This document shows, piece by piece, positions 1-9,259 of a stretch of DNA of 32,000 bases. This stretch comes from Mycobacterium tuberculosis H37Rv (GTDB taxonomy: Bacteria > Actinomycetota > Actinomycetes > Mycobacteriales > Mycobacteriaceae), in contig NC_000962.3 of NCBI RefSeq assembly GCF_000195955.2, positions 1,890,001 through 1,922,000 of the forward strand. The letters run 5' to 3'. A program made the translations under genes and the position numbers. Below the pieces are notes generated by a model, which saw only the letters and a list, made by a program, of their open reading frames with translations, was not told the DNA's origin and made no database searches. Position 1 is the stretch's first letter, and every line of letters begins with the position of its first letter.

Positions 1-1079
1 AATCGGTGGTGATTTCGGGTGAGCAGGCTGCCGTGGGTGTGGTAGTGGATCGATTGGTGGGGTTGGGTCGGCGGGTGCGGCGGTTGGCAGTGTCGCATGC
101 GTTTCATTCGGTGTTGATGGACCCCATGGTCGAGGAGTTCTCGAAGGTGCTGGCTGATGTCTGCGTGCGGGCGCCGCGGATTGGGTTGGTCTCGAATGTG
201 ACAGGTCAGCTGGCCGGTGCTGGGTATGGGTCGCCGGCGTATTGGGTTGAACATGTGCGCAAGCCGGTGCGGTTCTTCGACGGTGTGGGATTGGCTGAAT
301 CCCTCGGGGCCAGGGTGTTTGTGGAAGTGGGTCCCGGTGCCGGGTTGGAGGCGTCGGTGGCGCTGCTAGCCAGGGATCGGCCTGAGGTGGAGTCGGTGCT
401 GGCCGGGGTGGGGCGACTGTTCGCCGAAGGGGTGGCGGTTGATTGGTCTTCGGTCTTTGCGGGTTTGGGCGGCCGGCGGGTGGAGTTGCCGACGTATGGA
501 TTTGCCCGGCAGCGGTTTTGGTTAGGTGACAATGGCGAGTTGTCGGTGGACCAGACGGGCAAAGACGCCGGCGCAATTGCGCGATTGCAAAGCCTAGCCC
601 CACCGGAACTGCAGCGCCAGCTGGTAGAGTTGGTGTGCTTCCATGCAGCAATCGTTTTGGGTCGCAAGAGCAGCCATGACATCGACCCCGAATGTGCTTT
701 CCAAGACTTGGGATTTGATTCAATGAGCGGGGTCGAACTACGCAATCGTCTCCAGATGGCTATCGGTTTGCCCGGCTTGTCGCTGCCGCGCACTTTGATC
801 TTCGACTATCCCACTGCGAGTGCCCTCGCCGAATGCCTTGGCCAGCTCTTAGGCGGCCAACACGAATCATCCGACGACGAGAGTATTTGGCAGCTGCTGA
901 AAAACATTCCTATCCACCAGCTTCGACGCACCGGCTTGCTGGACAAATTGCTGCTGCTGGCCGGCCAGCCCGAGGAGTCCTTGGCTGGTCGGACCGTCAG
1001 CGACGAGGTTATCGACTCGTTAAGCCCCGAAGCTCTTATCGGGCTGGCGCTCGATGAGGACGAGAACGATATTCGATGA
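1..1079 (+). CDS. pks9: C-terminal part of a modular type I polyketide synthase (acyltransferase end, acyl carrier protein, C-terminal docking region); 5' end outside window
   Basis: Open frame runs to the window edge. AT-domain-like 'VSHAFHSVLMDPM', ACP motif 'DLGFDSMSGVELRNRL', and acidic C-terminal tail 'VIDSLSPEALIGLALDEDEN'. Lies directly upstream of a type III PKS as in the pks7-8-17-9-11 locus. Confidence 0.9.
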   Translation, partial: SVVISGEQAAVGVVVDRLVGLGRRVRRLAVSHAFHSVLMDPMVEEFSKVLADVCVRAPRIGLVSNVTGQLAGAGYGSPAYWVEHVRKPVRFFDGVGLAESLGARVFVEVGPGAGLEASVALLARDRPEVESVLAGVGRLFAEGVAVDWSSVFAGLGGRRVELPTYGFARQRFWLGDNGELSVDQTGKDAGAIARLQSLAPPELQRQLVELVCFHAAIVLGRKSSHDIDPECAFQDLGFDSMSGVELRNRLQMAIGLPGLSLPRTLIFDYPTASALAECLGQLLGGQHESSDDESIWQLLKNIPIHQLRRTGLLDKLLLLAGQPEESLAGRTVSDEVIDSLSPEALIGLALDEDENDIR

Positions 1080-1225
1080 CGAAATCCGTCCTGGCAGGCT
1101 CAAATTATGCTATCGGCATAGGTGCAAATACGACAGGCGTTGAATAGCGATGTTTTTGCGAGATCGCGTAATGTGGCTTAAACTTTGGGCTTCGAGGGTG
1201 GCAAGTAACTTAAGTGGGCAGGGGC

Positions 1226-2287
1226 ATGAGCGTCATCGCGGGTGTGTTCGGTGCGTTGCCGCCGCATCGCTATAGCCAAAGTGAGATCACTGATTCGTTT
1301 GTCGAGTTTCCCGGCCTTAAGGAACACGAGGAGATCATTCGGCGTTTGCATGCCGCCGCCAAGGTCAACGGTCGACACCTGGTGCTGCCGCTGCAGCAAT
1401 ACCCGTCGCTGACCGACTTCGGCGACGCCAACGAGATCTTTATCGAGAAGGCTGTCGACCTTGGCGTCGAGGCCTTGCTGGGCGCGCTCGATGATGCCAA
1501 CCTGCGCCCCAGCGACATCGACATGATCGCCACCGCAACCGTCACCGGCGTCGCGGTGCCGTCTTTGGATGCCCGGATCGCCGGGCGGCTTGGTCTGCGC
1601 CCCGACGTGCGGCGGATGCCGTTGTTCGGTCTGGGCTGCGTGGCAGGGGCGGCGGGCGTGGCCCGCCTGCGCGACTACCTGCGTGGCGCGCCCGACGACG
1701 TCGCGGTTCTGGTCTCGGTTGAGCTTTGCTCGCTGACGTATCCCGCGGTCAAACCAACCGTGTCGAGTCTGGTCGGGACCGCACTGTTCGGCGACGGAGC
1801 AGCCGCGGTGGTCGCCGTCGGCGACCGGCGCGCCGAGCAGGTTCGCGCTGGCGGACCGGACATCTTGGACTCGCGCAGCAGCCTGTACCCCGACTCGCTG
1901 CACATCATGGGTTGGGATGTCGGTTCCCATGGCCTGCGGCTGCGGCTTTCCCCGGACCTGACGAACCTGATCGAACGGTACCTAGCCAATGACGTCACCA
2001 CGTTTCTTGATGCCCATCGGCTGACCAAAGACGACATCGGCGCCTGGGTGAGCCATCCCGGTGGTCCCAAGGTCATCGACGCCGTCGCCACGAGCCTCGC
2101 GCTGCCTCCCGAGGCGCTCGAGCTGACCTGGCGCTCGCTGGGCGAGATCGGCAACCTTTCGTCGGCCTCGATACTGCATATTTTGCGCGACACCATCGAA
2201 AAGCGGCCACCCAGCGGAAGCGCCGGGCTGATGCTGGCGATGGGTCCTGGTTTCTGCACGGAACTCGTCTTACTGCGCTGGCGCTGA
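1226..2287 (+). CDS. pks11: Type III polyketide synthase (chalcone/stilbene synthase family)
   Basis: Cys in '[10 protein letters not shown]', His in '[10 protein letters not shown]', Asn in '[12 protein letters not shown]' match the type III PKS Cys-His-Asn triad. ATG at 1226, TGA ends 2287. Confidence 0.95.
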   Translation: MSVIAGVFGALPPHRYSQSEITDSFVEFPGLKEHEEIIRRLHAAAKVNGRHLVLPLQQYPSLTDFGDANEIFIEKAVDLGVEALLGALDDANLRPSDIDMIATATVTGVAVPSLDARIAGRLGLRPDVRRMPLFGLGCVAGAAGVARLRDYLRGAPDDVAVLVSVELCSLTYPAVKPTVSSLVGTALFGDGAAAVVAVGDRRAEQVRAGGPDILDSRSSLYPDSLHIMGWDVGSHGLRLRLSPDLTNLIERYLANDVTTFLDAHRLTKDDIGAWVSHPGGPKVIDAVATSLALPPEALELTWRSLGEIGNLSSASILHILRDTIEKRPPSGSAGLMLAMGPGFCTELVLLRWR

Positions 2288-3562
2288 CTTCCTGATTTCA
2301 ACGGTCAATCCCGGCCAGGGGCGCAGCGCGGCAAAGTTGGCCGCCCGAATGCGGTGAGTCCGCTGAGCGGGCAACTGCAGCATGGCCCTGGCGACCAGCC
2401 GAGCGAGAATCACGGTCATCTCGGTGGTGGCCATGACGGCTCCGATGCATCGGTGCAGCCCGCCGCTGAACGGGATGAATTCATGTGGCGCGGGTTTGCG
2501 GTAGTCCGCTGCGTTGGGATCCCAGCGCAGCGGACGGAATTCGGTTGGCTCGGGCCAGATTTCTGGGAGCCGGTGGGTGACGTAGGCGCTGAAGATCAAC
2601 AGGCGTCCCGCCCGGATGCGATGCCCGTCGAACCAGAGGTCACGCAGCACCCTGCGGGCCGAGATCACGCCGGGCGAGTACAGGCGCAGCGTCTCGTGAA
2701 CAACTCCGTTGAGGTAGGTGAGCGCGCTCAGGTCATCGGCGGCGGGGACTCTGCCACCCAGCACGCGCGCGACCTCGCTGGCCGCACTCTCCCAGGTGCC
2801 GGGCACGGTCAGCAGTGCGTAGATCGCCCAGGCCAGCGCGCCGCTGGTGGTCTCGTACCCCGCGGTGATCAGCGAAACGATCGAATCGCGAATCTCGTTG
2901 TCGCTTAACGTAGTACCCTCTTCAGAGCAGCCACTAATCAACGTCGTCAACATGTGGTCGTCGGGTCTGGGTGCCGTGCGCGCGTCGGCGATCTGAGCGT
3001 CGATGAGGTCGTCGATGCGTTTGCGGGCTGCCATGGCCCGTCGCCACCCGGGCGAGTTGACCCGCTGCTGCAGCCGCATCACCTGAGGCGGCCGTCGGGT
3101 TAGGTCCAGCAGGGGCTGCAGTTGCTCACCGAGAAAATCGGAATGTACGGCGAGGCGCTGGCCGAACAGACTCTCGGCGGTACTGCGCCGGACCGCCGAG
3201 CGCAACTCTTGGTAGATGTCCAGCCGCTGTCCGGGCTGCCAACCGTCGATCACCGTGTCGATATTGGACACCATCGTTGCCACATAGCGCTGGACGTGAT
3301 GGTGCCGCAGCCCCGGTGCCACCACACTGCGGCGGCGCCGGTGGTCCGCGCCGTCGCTGACGATCAGCGCGGTCGGCCCGTCGACGGGAACCAGGCTCTC
3401 AAACGTTTGGCTCCAGCTGAACGCGTCGGCATTGGCGAACACGAATCTGTTGGCCTCTGCTCCCAGGAGATAGGTGTAGCCATGCCCACCGACTCCGGCG
3501 TTGATCAGCGGACCGCGCCATCGATACAGCGCCAGCAGCGCTTCGCCAAGCGGGTAGCGCAC
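2270..3562 (-). CDS. cyp139: Cytochrome P450 of the CYP139 family (alternative in-frame ATG at 3580)
   Basis: Heme-ligand motif '[11 protein letters not shown]', ExxR motif 'ETLR', I-helix '[10 protein letters not shown]'. Convergent with pks11, overlapping its last 18 bp. Confidence 0.93.
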   Translation of the reverse strand: MRYPLGEALLALYRWRGPLINAGVGGHGYTYLLGAEANRFVFANADAFSWSQTFESLVPVDGPTALIVSDGADHRRRRSVVAPGLRHHHVQRYVATMVSNIDTVIDGWQPGQRLDIYQELRSAVRRSTAESLFGQRLAVHSDFLGEQLQPLLDLTRRPPQVMRLQQRVNSPGWRRAMAARKRIDDLIDAQIADARTAPRPDDHMLTTLISGCSEEGTTLSDNEIRDSIVSLITAGYETTSGALAWAIYALLTVPGTWESAASEVARVLGGRVPAADDLSALTYLNGVVHETLRLYSPGVISARRVLRDLWFDGHRIRAGRLLIFSAYVTHRLPEIWPEPTEFRPLRWDPNAADYRKPAPHEFIPFSGGLHRCIGAVMATTEMTVILARLVARAMLQLPAQRTHRIRAANFAALRPWPGLTVEIRKSAPAQ

Positions 3563-3576
3563 CGTCCGATACGTCC

Positions 3577-4230
3577 TCATTCGAGCATCTCCGAAAGCTC
3601 CAGCCAGCGATTCTCCATCGCCGCGACGTGGTCTTGCAGGACACGTAGTTGCTGGGTCAGCCGGGTGATGCCGACGTGGTCGGACTGGTCATGCTCGGCC
3701 AGTTCGGTATGTTTGGCGGCCACCCGGTCGGCCAGGCGGGCGAGTTGACGGTCGACTGCGGCCAACTCTTTTTCGGTGGCACGTCGCTGTGCGCCCGACA
3801 TCGCCGGCGGCGCTGGCCGCTCGGCCGGTGCTGGGGCGCTAACGCGGGCAGCCAGCTGCAGGTATTCGTCGATGCCGCCGGGCAGGTGCCGCAACCGGTC
3901 ATCGAGAATCGCGTACTGCTGGTCAGTGACCCGCTCGAGCAGATACCGGTCGTGTGAGACGACGATCAACGTACCCGCCCACGAGTCAAGCAGGTCTTCG
4001 GTCGCCGTCAGCATCTCGGTGTCCACGTCGTTGGTGGGCTCGTCGAGGAGCAGCACGTTCGGCTCGGACAACAGCGTCAGCATGAGCTGCAACCGCCGAC
4101 GCTGACCACCGGAGAGGTCGTCGACTCGCGCGGACAGCTGGTCCCGGCGGAACCCGAGACGCTCTAGCAGCTGGGTCGGGGTAACCTCGCGGCCTTCGAC
4201 CTGATAGCCGCCACGCAGCCTGCCTAGCAC
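3577..4230 (-). pseudogene. C-terminal part of a split ABC-F ATPase (annotated separately as Rv1667c); open frame begins at 4287
   Basis: Signature 'LSGGQRRRLQLMLTLL', Walker B 'LLLDEPTNDVD', H-loop 'VVSHDRYLLE', but no Walker A of its own. Frame continues the preceding ORF in a shifted register. Confidence 0.8.
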
Positions 4231-5342
4231 ATCGGCGATCCGGTCGTCGGCAAACGGTGCCAGATCGTCCCCGTGCTGATCGAGCACTGCCAGCCGGACG
4301 GCTTGACACGTCCGACACCGGGCTGGACGGTGCCGGCGATCAAGCCCAGCAGGGTCGACTTGCCGGCGCCGTTAGCCCCGACGATGCCGATACGTTCACC
4401 CGGGCCGATCCGCCATTCGATATCGCGCAACACCGGGCGGCCCCCAGAAGGCTGGTACGAGACCGACACGCCGAGCAGGTCGACGACGTCCTTTCCGAGC
4501 CGAGCGGCCGCCAGCTTGGCCAGCTCCACGGTGTTGCGCGGTGGCGGCACGTCTGCGATCAGTTGGTTGGCGGCCTCGATCCGGAACTTGGGCTTGCAGG
4601 TCCGCGCCGGTGCGCCGCGGCGCAACCAAGCCAGCTCCTTGCGCAGCAGGTTCTGCCGCTTGGCTTCGGCCGCGGCGGTCAGCCGGTCCCGCTCGACGCG
4701 CTGCAGCACGTACGCCGCGTAGCCGCCTTCGAAAGGTTCGACGATTCCGTCGTGCACTTCCCATGTTGTGGTGGCGACCTCGTCGAGGAACCAGCGGTCG
4801 TGGGTGACCACGAGTAGGCCGCCGGTATTGCGGGCCCAGCGCCGCCGTAGGTGGTCGGCGAGCCAGGTGATGCCTTGGATGTCGAGGTGGTTGGTGGGCT
4901 CGTCGAGAGCGATCACGTCCCATTCGCCGACCAGCAGGCTGGCCAGTTGCACCCGTCGGCGCTGGCCACCGCTGAGGGTGCTGACCGGGGTGTCCCAGGC
5001 GATGTCGGATACCAGGCCGGCGACCACGTCCCGGATACGCGGGTTGCCCGCCCATTGGTGTTCGGGTTGGTCACCGATGAGCGTCCAGCCGACGGTGCGG
5101 TTGGGGTCGAGGGTGTCTGTTTGGCTGAGCGCGTTCACCCGCAATCCGCTACGCCGGGTGACCCGACCGGAGTCCGGCCGCAGTTGACCGGTGAGCAGGC
5201 CCAGCAGACTGGATTTGCCGTCGCCGTTTCGCCCGACGATGCCGATGCGCGCCCCGTCGTTGACCCCGAGCGTGACTGCCTCGAACACCACCTGAGTCGG
5301 ATAGGCCAGGTGCACGGCCTCGGCTCCGAGTAGGTGCGCCAT
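4224..5342 (-). pseudogene. N-terminal part of the split ABC-F (macrolide-transport-like/ribosome-associated) ATPase (Rv1668c)
   Basis: Starts ATG 5342 'MAHLLGAEAVHLAYPTQVVFEAV'. Full first ABC domain (Walker A 'IVGRNGDGKSSLLGLL', 'LSGGQRRRVQLA', 'ALDEPTNHLD') plus second-domain Walker A 'GANGAGKSTLLGL', then an out-of-frame tail to the stop. Confidence 0.82.
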
Positions 5343-5352
5343 GGGGCCGACC

Positions 5353-5590
5353 CTAGCGTGGCGACGATGCGGGCTGGGATGGGCCGCTGAGGAGCCGCGC
5401 GGTCGAGCTCTAGCGTGGCGACGATGCGGGCTGGGATGGGCCGCTGAGGAGCCGCGCGGTCGAGCTCTAGCGTGGCGACGATGCGGGCTGGGATGGGCCG
5501 CTGAGGAGCCGCGCGGTCGAGCTCTAGCGTGGCGACGATGCGGGCTGGGATGGGCCGCTGAGGAGCCGCGCGGTCGAGCTCTAGCGTGGC
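5353..5590. repeat. 57-bp tandem repeat (VNTR), 4 full units plus 10 bp; probably the locus known as QUB-1895
   Basis: Unit 'ctagcgtggcgacgatgcgggctgggatgggccgctgaggagccgcgcggtcgagct' at 5353-5409, 5410-5466, 5467-5523, 5524-5580, then 'ctagcgtggc' 5581-5590. All four full units read identical. Confidence 0.97.
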
Positions 5591-5724
5591 GGCCCAGCCG
5601 CAGTGCAGTTGATTGGCGGCGGGGCTTGCCGGGTGGGGTGGAGGTCGTTGTAGGCGTCGATTGGGCTGGGTGTGATTGAGGTGTTTGAACATTTCGTGGG
5701 TTTGCACCCGGTTGAACGGGGTCA

Positions 5725-6087
5725 ATGTCACGGCGACCGGGATACTCGAATGGACGTGCCGGGGCCAGCCGGCAAGCTGCTCGTGGCGGCTCGGCAGGGG
5801 CGTCGTCGGTAGCTTTCTCCAGCCAGCCCAACTGCGGACTGACTGAATCAGTCTTGGGCCACCAAGTCACTGGAATATGCTTGGGCACAATACATCTTGA
5901 TGCCATGCAGTGGCCATGGTCGTCGGCGTACCGATTGGAGCCGGCCGTTGCTACCACATTAATCGGCATCAGTGCCTGGTGGGCGAATGGCAGCGTGAAG
6001 CAATACGCCGGTGATCTGACTGATCGTGTCGCCACGATGACAGTTTGCCGGCGCACGCCGGCTCCGCGAGTGCATTATCGACAGTGA
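5725..6087 (+). CDS. Hypothetical protein (Rv1669 equivalent)
   Basis: 120-aa ORF with no domain recognised; position matches the annotated mycobacterial gene. Coding status is weak. Confidence 0.5.
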   Translation: MSRRPGYSNGRAGASRQAARGGSAGASSVAFSSQPNCGLTESVLGHQVTGICLGTIHLDAMQWPWSSAYRLEPAVATTLIGISAWWANGSVKQYAGDLTDRVATMTVCRRTPAPRVHYRQ

Positions 6088-6119
6088 CACGTTTGGCAGG
6101 ACCCAAGGAGGCCGAGTCC

Positions 6120-6467
6120 ATGATTCGTGCTGTGTGGAATGGAACAGTGCTCGCTGAGGCGCCGCGAACCGTACGGGTGGAAGGCAACCACTACTTTCCG
6201 CCCGAGTCGCTGCACCGCGAGCATCTAATCGAAAGCCCGACCACGTCGATATGCCCATGGAAGGGTCTGGCCCATTACTACAACGTCGTCGTGGACGGCC
6301 CCTATGGTCCGGTTAACCCGGACGCTGCCTGGTACTACCGCCGGCCCAGTCCACTGGCTCGCCGGATCAAAAACCATGTTGCGTTCTGGCACGGTGTGAC
6401 GGTCGAAGGTGAATCCGAGAGTCGGCATGGCTTGGCGCGCCGGGTTGTGGCGTGGCTCGGCAAATAG
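6120..6467 (+). CDS. DUF427 domain protein
   Basis: Preceded by strong RBS 'aaggagg'. Sequence 'RAVWNGTVLAEAPRTVRVEGNHYFP...WYYRRPSPLARRIKNHVAFWHGVTV' is typical of DUF427. Confidence 0.88.
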   Translation: MIRAVWNGTVLAEAPRTVRVEGNHYFPPESLHREHLIESPTTSICPWKGLAHYYNVVVDGPYGPVNPDAAWYYRRPSPLARRIKNHVAFWHGVTVEGESESRHGLARRVVAWLGK

Positions 6468-6474
6468 CGGCGTG

Positions 6475-6867
6475 ATGCCAACGGTCGGACCCGCGGACCA
6501 CGCGGCGGGCCTAGATCGGCGCGCGACGCCTGACCAGCTGCCGATATGGCGTATCGGCATCATCAGTGGGCTGGTCGGCATGCTGTGCTGTGTCGGGCCG
6601 ACCATCCTGGCGTTGGTTGGGATTATTAGTGCGGCAACGGCTTTCGCGTGGGCGAACGACCTCTATGACAACTACGCGTGGTGGTTCCGCGTGAGCGGGC
6701 TCGCGGTGCTTGCCATTCTGGTGTGGTGGGCGCTACGACATCGAAACCGATGTAGCGTCAACGCAATCCGCCGGTTACGGTGGCGGCTGATGGCAGTGCT
6801 GGCAATAGCGGTTGGTACTTACGGTGTCTTGTCCGCTGTGACGACGTGGTTCGGTACGTTCGTATAG
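6475..6867 (+). CDS. Small multi-pass membrane protein with MerT/MerF-like CC-containing first helix
   Basis: ATG 6475 eight bp after the previous stop. 'IWRIGIISGLVGMLCCVGPTILALVGIISAATAFA' plus two further hydrophobic segments. Confidence 0.75.
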   Translation: MPTVGPADHAAGLDRRATPDQLPIWRIGIISGLVGMLCCVGPTILALVGIISAATAFAWANDLYDNYAWWFRVSGLAVLAILVWWALRHRNRCSVNAIRRLRWRLMAVLAIAVGTYGVLSAVTTWFGTFV

Positions 6868-6875
6868 TTGCAGTA

Positions 6876-8207
6876 TTAGACGAACGGGGTCGCCGGCGAC
6901 GGGTGCAGCATGATTTCGGAGTCGTTGGCGCATACTGTCCGGCCAGCGTGCCGCAGTAGCAAGCTACAAGCCGCCGCGGCAGCAAGTACGGCGGCGACGG
7001 TCAGCAACGCGAGATGGTAAGTGCCGGTGGCGTCTTTGAGGTGGCCGGTGGCGTAGGGACCGGCGAAGCTCGCCAGACTGGCCACGGCATTGACCGTCGC
7101 GATGGCCACGGCGACCCGGGGACCGGCCAGCGCGGCGGTGCAACGGCTCCAGAAAGCGGGCATCGCGGCAAGGATTCCGGCGACGGCGATGGTCAGCCAA
7201 CTCAGCGTCACTATCGGTGACATCGGACTCAATGCCGCACCGAGCGCGGCGCTGCCCGCGGCCGTTGTTGGCAGTGTGATATGGCCCGCTTGGGCGCCCG
7301 AGCGGTCGATGCTGCGGTGGCTCCAGGCCAACATGGCCAGCGCGGCGACACCGTACGGCAGGGCCGCCAACGTGGCAGCGGTCAGCGTGGCGGTGCCGTG
7401 TGCCAGCGACGCAACTAGTTGGGGCAGAAAGAACTGCAACGCATACAGCGCGAAATACAGGCCCCCGTAGACGACAGCGAAAAGGACAAGATCCCAACCG
7501 GCTCCACTCGACCGACCGGTCGGGGCAGGGGTGTCCTCGGTCAGCCGGGCCGACAGCTCTGCACGTTCCTCGGGGGTGAGCCAGCTTGCCCGTTGCGGGT
7601 TATCCGGCAACAGGCGCCGAAGAAGCGGCGCCAGCAGCAGTGCAGGCAATGCCTCGATCACAAACATTGCCCGCCAGCCGGGTAGCCCGGCCATGTGAAC
7701 GTGGCCGACGATCAGCCCAGACAGCGGCAGGCCGACCGTGTTGGCGACCGGAATGGCCAGCAGAAAGGTGGCTACGGCGCGGGCTCGCTGCGCGCACGGA
7801 AACCACACCGTCAGATACGCGATGACGCCGGGGAAGAAGCCGCCCTCGGCGACGCCGAGGGCGAAGCGCGCCAGATACAAGGTGTGCGCGCTGGTGACCA
7901 AGGCCGTGGCCGCCGAGCACACACCCCAAGCCAGGACGACCGCCGTGAGCGTTCGACCGGCACCGAAGCGCGCCAACGCCGCGTTGGCGGGAACCTGGAA
8001 CAGGACGTAGCCGAGGAAGAAGACGCCGGCGGCGGTGCCGTATGCGGTGGCGCTCAGGCGCAGGTCGGCGTTCATCGCCAGGGCTGCGACCGAGATGTTG
8101 GCCCGATCAACGAAGTTGATCACATACAACACGAACAGCAGGGGCAACAGCCGGCGCGCGGCCTTGCCCAGGGCATTGTGCGTGGGGCTTGCCGCGATTG
8201 TCGCCAC
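6876..8207 (-). CDS. Major facilitator superfamily transporter (anion:cation symporter type)
   Basis: 443 aa, about 12 hydrophobic segments. 'NFVDRANISVAALAM' and 'GVFFLGYVLFQVPANAALARFGAR' are characteristic of this MFS family. Confidence 0.9.
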   Translation of the reverse strand: MATIAASPTHNALGKAARRLLPLLFVLYVINFVDRANISVAALAMNADLRLSATAYGTAAGVFFLGYVLFQVPANAALARFGAGRTLTAVVLAWGVCSAATALVTSAHTLYLARFALGVAEGGFFPGVIAYLTVWFPCAQRARAVATFLLAIPVANTVGLPLSGLIVGHVHMAGLPGWRAMFVIEALPALLLAPLLRRLLPDNPQRASWLTPEERAELSARLTEDTPAPTGRSSGAGWDLVLFAVVYGGLYFALYALQFFLPQLVASLAHGTATLTAATLAALPYGVAALAMLAWSHRSIDRSGAQAGHITLPTTAAGSAALGAALSPMSPIVTLSWLTIAVAGILAAMPAFWSRCTAALAGPRVAVAIATVNAVASLASFAGPYATGHLKDATGTYHLALLTVAAVLAAAAACSLLLRHAGRTVCANDSEIMLHPSPATPFV

Positions 8208-8299
8208 CTGCGGCTCCTTCCGTGGGCCTGTCGAACAATTGCATCATGAAATGACCCCAACCCGGTCTTTGTAGTCCGGCGTGTCACTAACACGATCGG

Positions 8300-9232
8300 T
8301 TATGTCATTGCAGTAAAACGGATTTGGCGTTGCGCCGGATGTGTTTCGCCGTCAATCTCGGCGTAGGGGCCGGCGAAGAACAGGCTCCGGCCCGCCCGCT
8401 GTGGTGGGGCGAGCAGGATGTCGCGGCCGATCGACCACGCGATGTGGTTGGCCTGCAGGTTCGCGAACAGGCCGTGGGTGCCGTACTTCGTCGCACAGGA
8501 GGCGTCCGCCGGTAGCCAACCCAGCCCAGCGACGAAGAATTCCGCCCAGCAGTGGTAGCCGCACACCTCGCAATCCTGCGCACCGGGCTGCGGTAGCTCC
8601 AAGGCCTGACCGAGCACAAATCGTGCGGGGATGTCGACCGATCGGCACAGCGAGACGAACAATGCGTGGATGTCGTTGCAGTTGCCCACCGAGCAGGTCA
8701 GGGCATGCTCGGTGCTGCCCAGGAAAGACTGCTTCGTCGCGTCGTAGTCCATGGCGCCGGTGACGTAGTCGTAGATGCGACGGGCCTGTTCGAGCGGGTT
8801 GGTCTCGGGGCCGACGACGTCTTGGGCCAACGTACGGGTGCGCTCATCGACATCGACATGTGCTTCGGGGATCAAGGCGCGGCTGAACAATTGCGCCGTG
8901 GCCAACGGGCGGGCCCGTGCCGGATCCGGAGCATGCCCGATCGCCCGGCGTTCCACAACATAGCGGATAGACCAACTCGCCGCCGTCGCCAAGCGCAGCC
9001 GGCTGTACAACATCAGGTTCCCGAACTCCGGCTCACGCGTGAGGTCATAGGGATCCTCGCTGGTCACCTCGACGTCCAGAACGCGTTGAAACGCGCCGTC
9101 ACCGATGACCGGGCACCACATCTCGACGGTGTGGGCACCTTGGGTGGAATCGATCGTGATGTGATCGGTGATTTCGAACAGCCCGATCGTCGCATCCGCG
9201 TGTGCGGATACCGCGGGGTCGGTGATCGTCAT
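8300..9232 (-). CDS. Transglutaminase-like cysteine protease-fold protein
   Basis: 'GNCNDIHALFVSLCRSVDIPARFVLG' and 'CGYHCWAEFFVAGLGWLPADAS' give the Cys/His/Asp motifs of the transglutaminase-like superfamily. Confidence 0.85.
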   Translation of the reverse strand: MTITDPAVSAHADATIGLFEITDHITIDSTQGAHTVEMWCPVIGDGAFQRVLDVEVTSEDPYDLTREPEFGNLMLYSRLRLATAASWSIRYVVERRAIGHAPDPARARPLATAQLFSRALIPEAHVDVDERTRTLAQDVVGPETNPLEQARRIYDYVTGAMDYDATKQSFLGSTEHALTCSVGNCNDIHALFVSLCRSVDIPARFVLGQALELPQPGAQDCEVCGYHCWAEFFVAGLGWLPADASCATKYGTHGLFANLQANHIAWSIGRDILLAPPQRAGRSLFFAGPYAEIDGETHPAQRQIRFTAMT

Positions 9233-9259
9233 CGGTTAGCTCCTTCCGCTGAGACTGGT

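Noticed and set aside
4224-4300. Programmed ribosomal frameshift joining the two ABC-F halves
   Set aside because: I see no convincing slippery heptamer. The protein sequence at the junction appears to be missing residues, which favours a deletion-type lesion over recoding.
3776-5333. Multiple plus-strand ORFs opposite the ABC-F gene
   Set aside because: All overlap a strongly supported minus-strand ABC ATPase with complete motifs. Sequences are biased and match no family.
5353-5590. Possible CRISPR-like array
   Set aside because: Units are directly contiguous and identical with no unique spacers; this is a minisatellite/VNTR.
5341-5679. 112-aa plus-strand ORF with repeated 'LAWRRCGLGWAAEEPRGRA' units
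   Set aside because: It is a translation of the tandem DNA repeat, with no domain or start-site support. Repeats with length divisible by 3 create such ORFs automatically.
4224-6056. 610-aa minus-strand open frame, extending the ABC-F protein N-terminally through the VNTR
   Set aside because: The ABC-F homology begins at ATG 5342. The extension is repeat-derived 'ARPRGSSAAHPSPHRRH' and low-complexity GC-rich sequence; the 57-bp unit simply has no stop in this frame.
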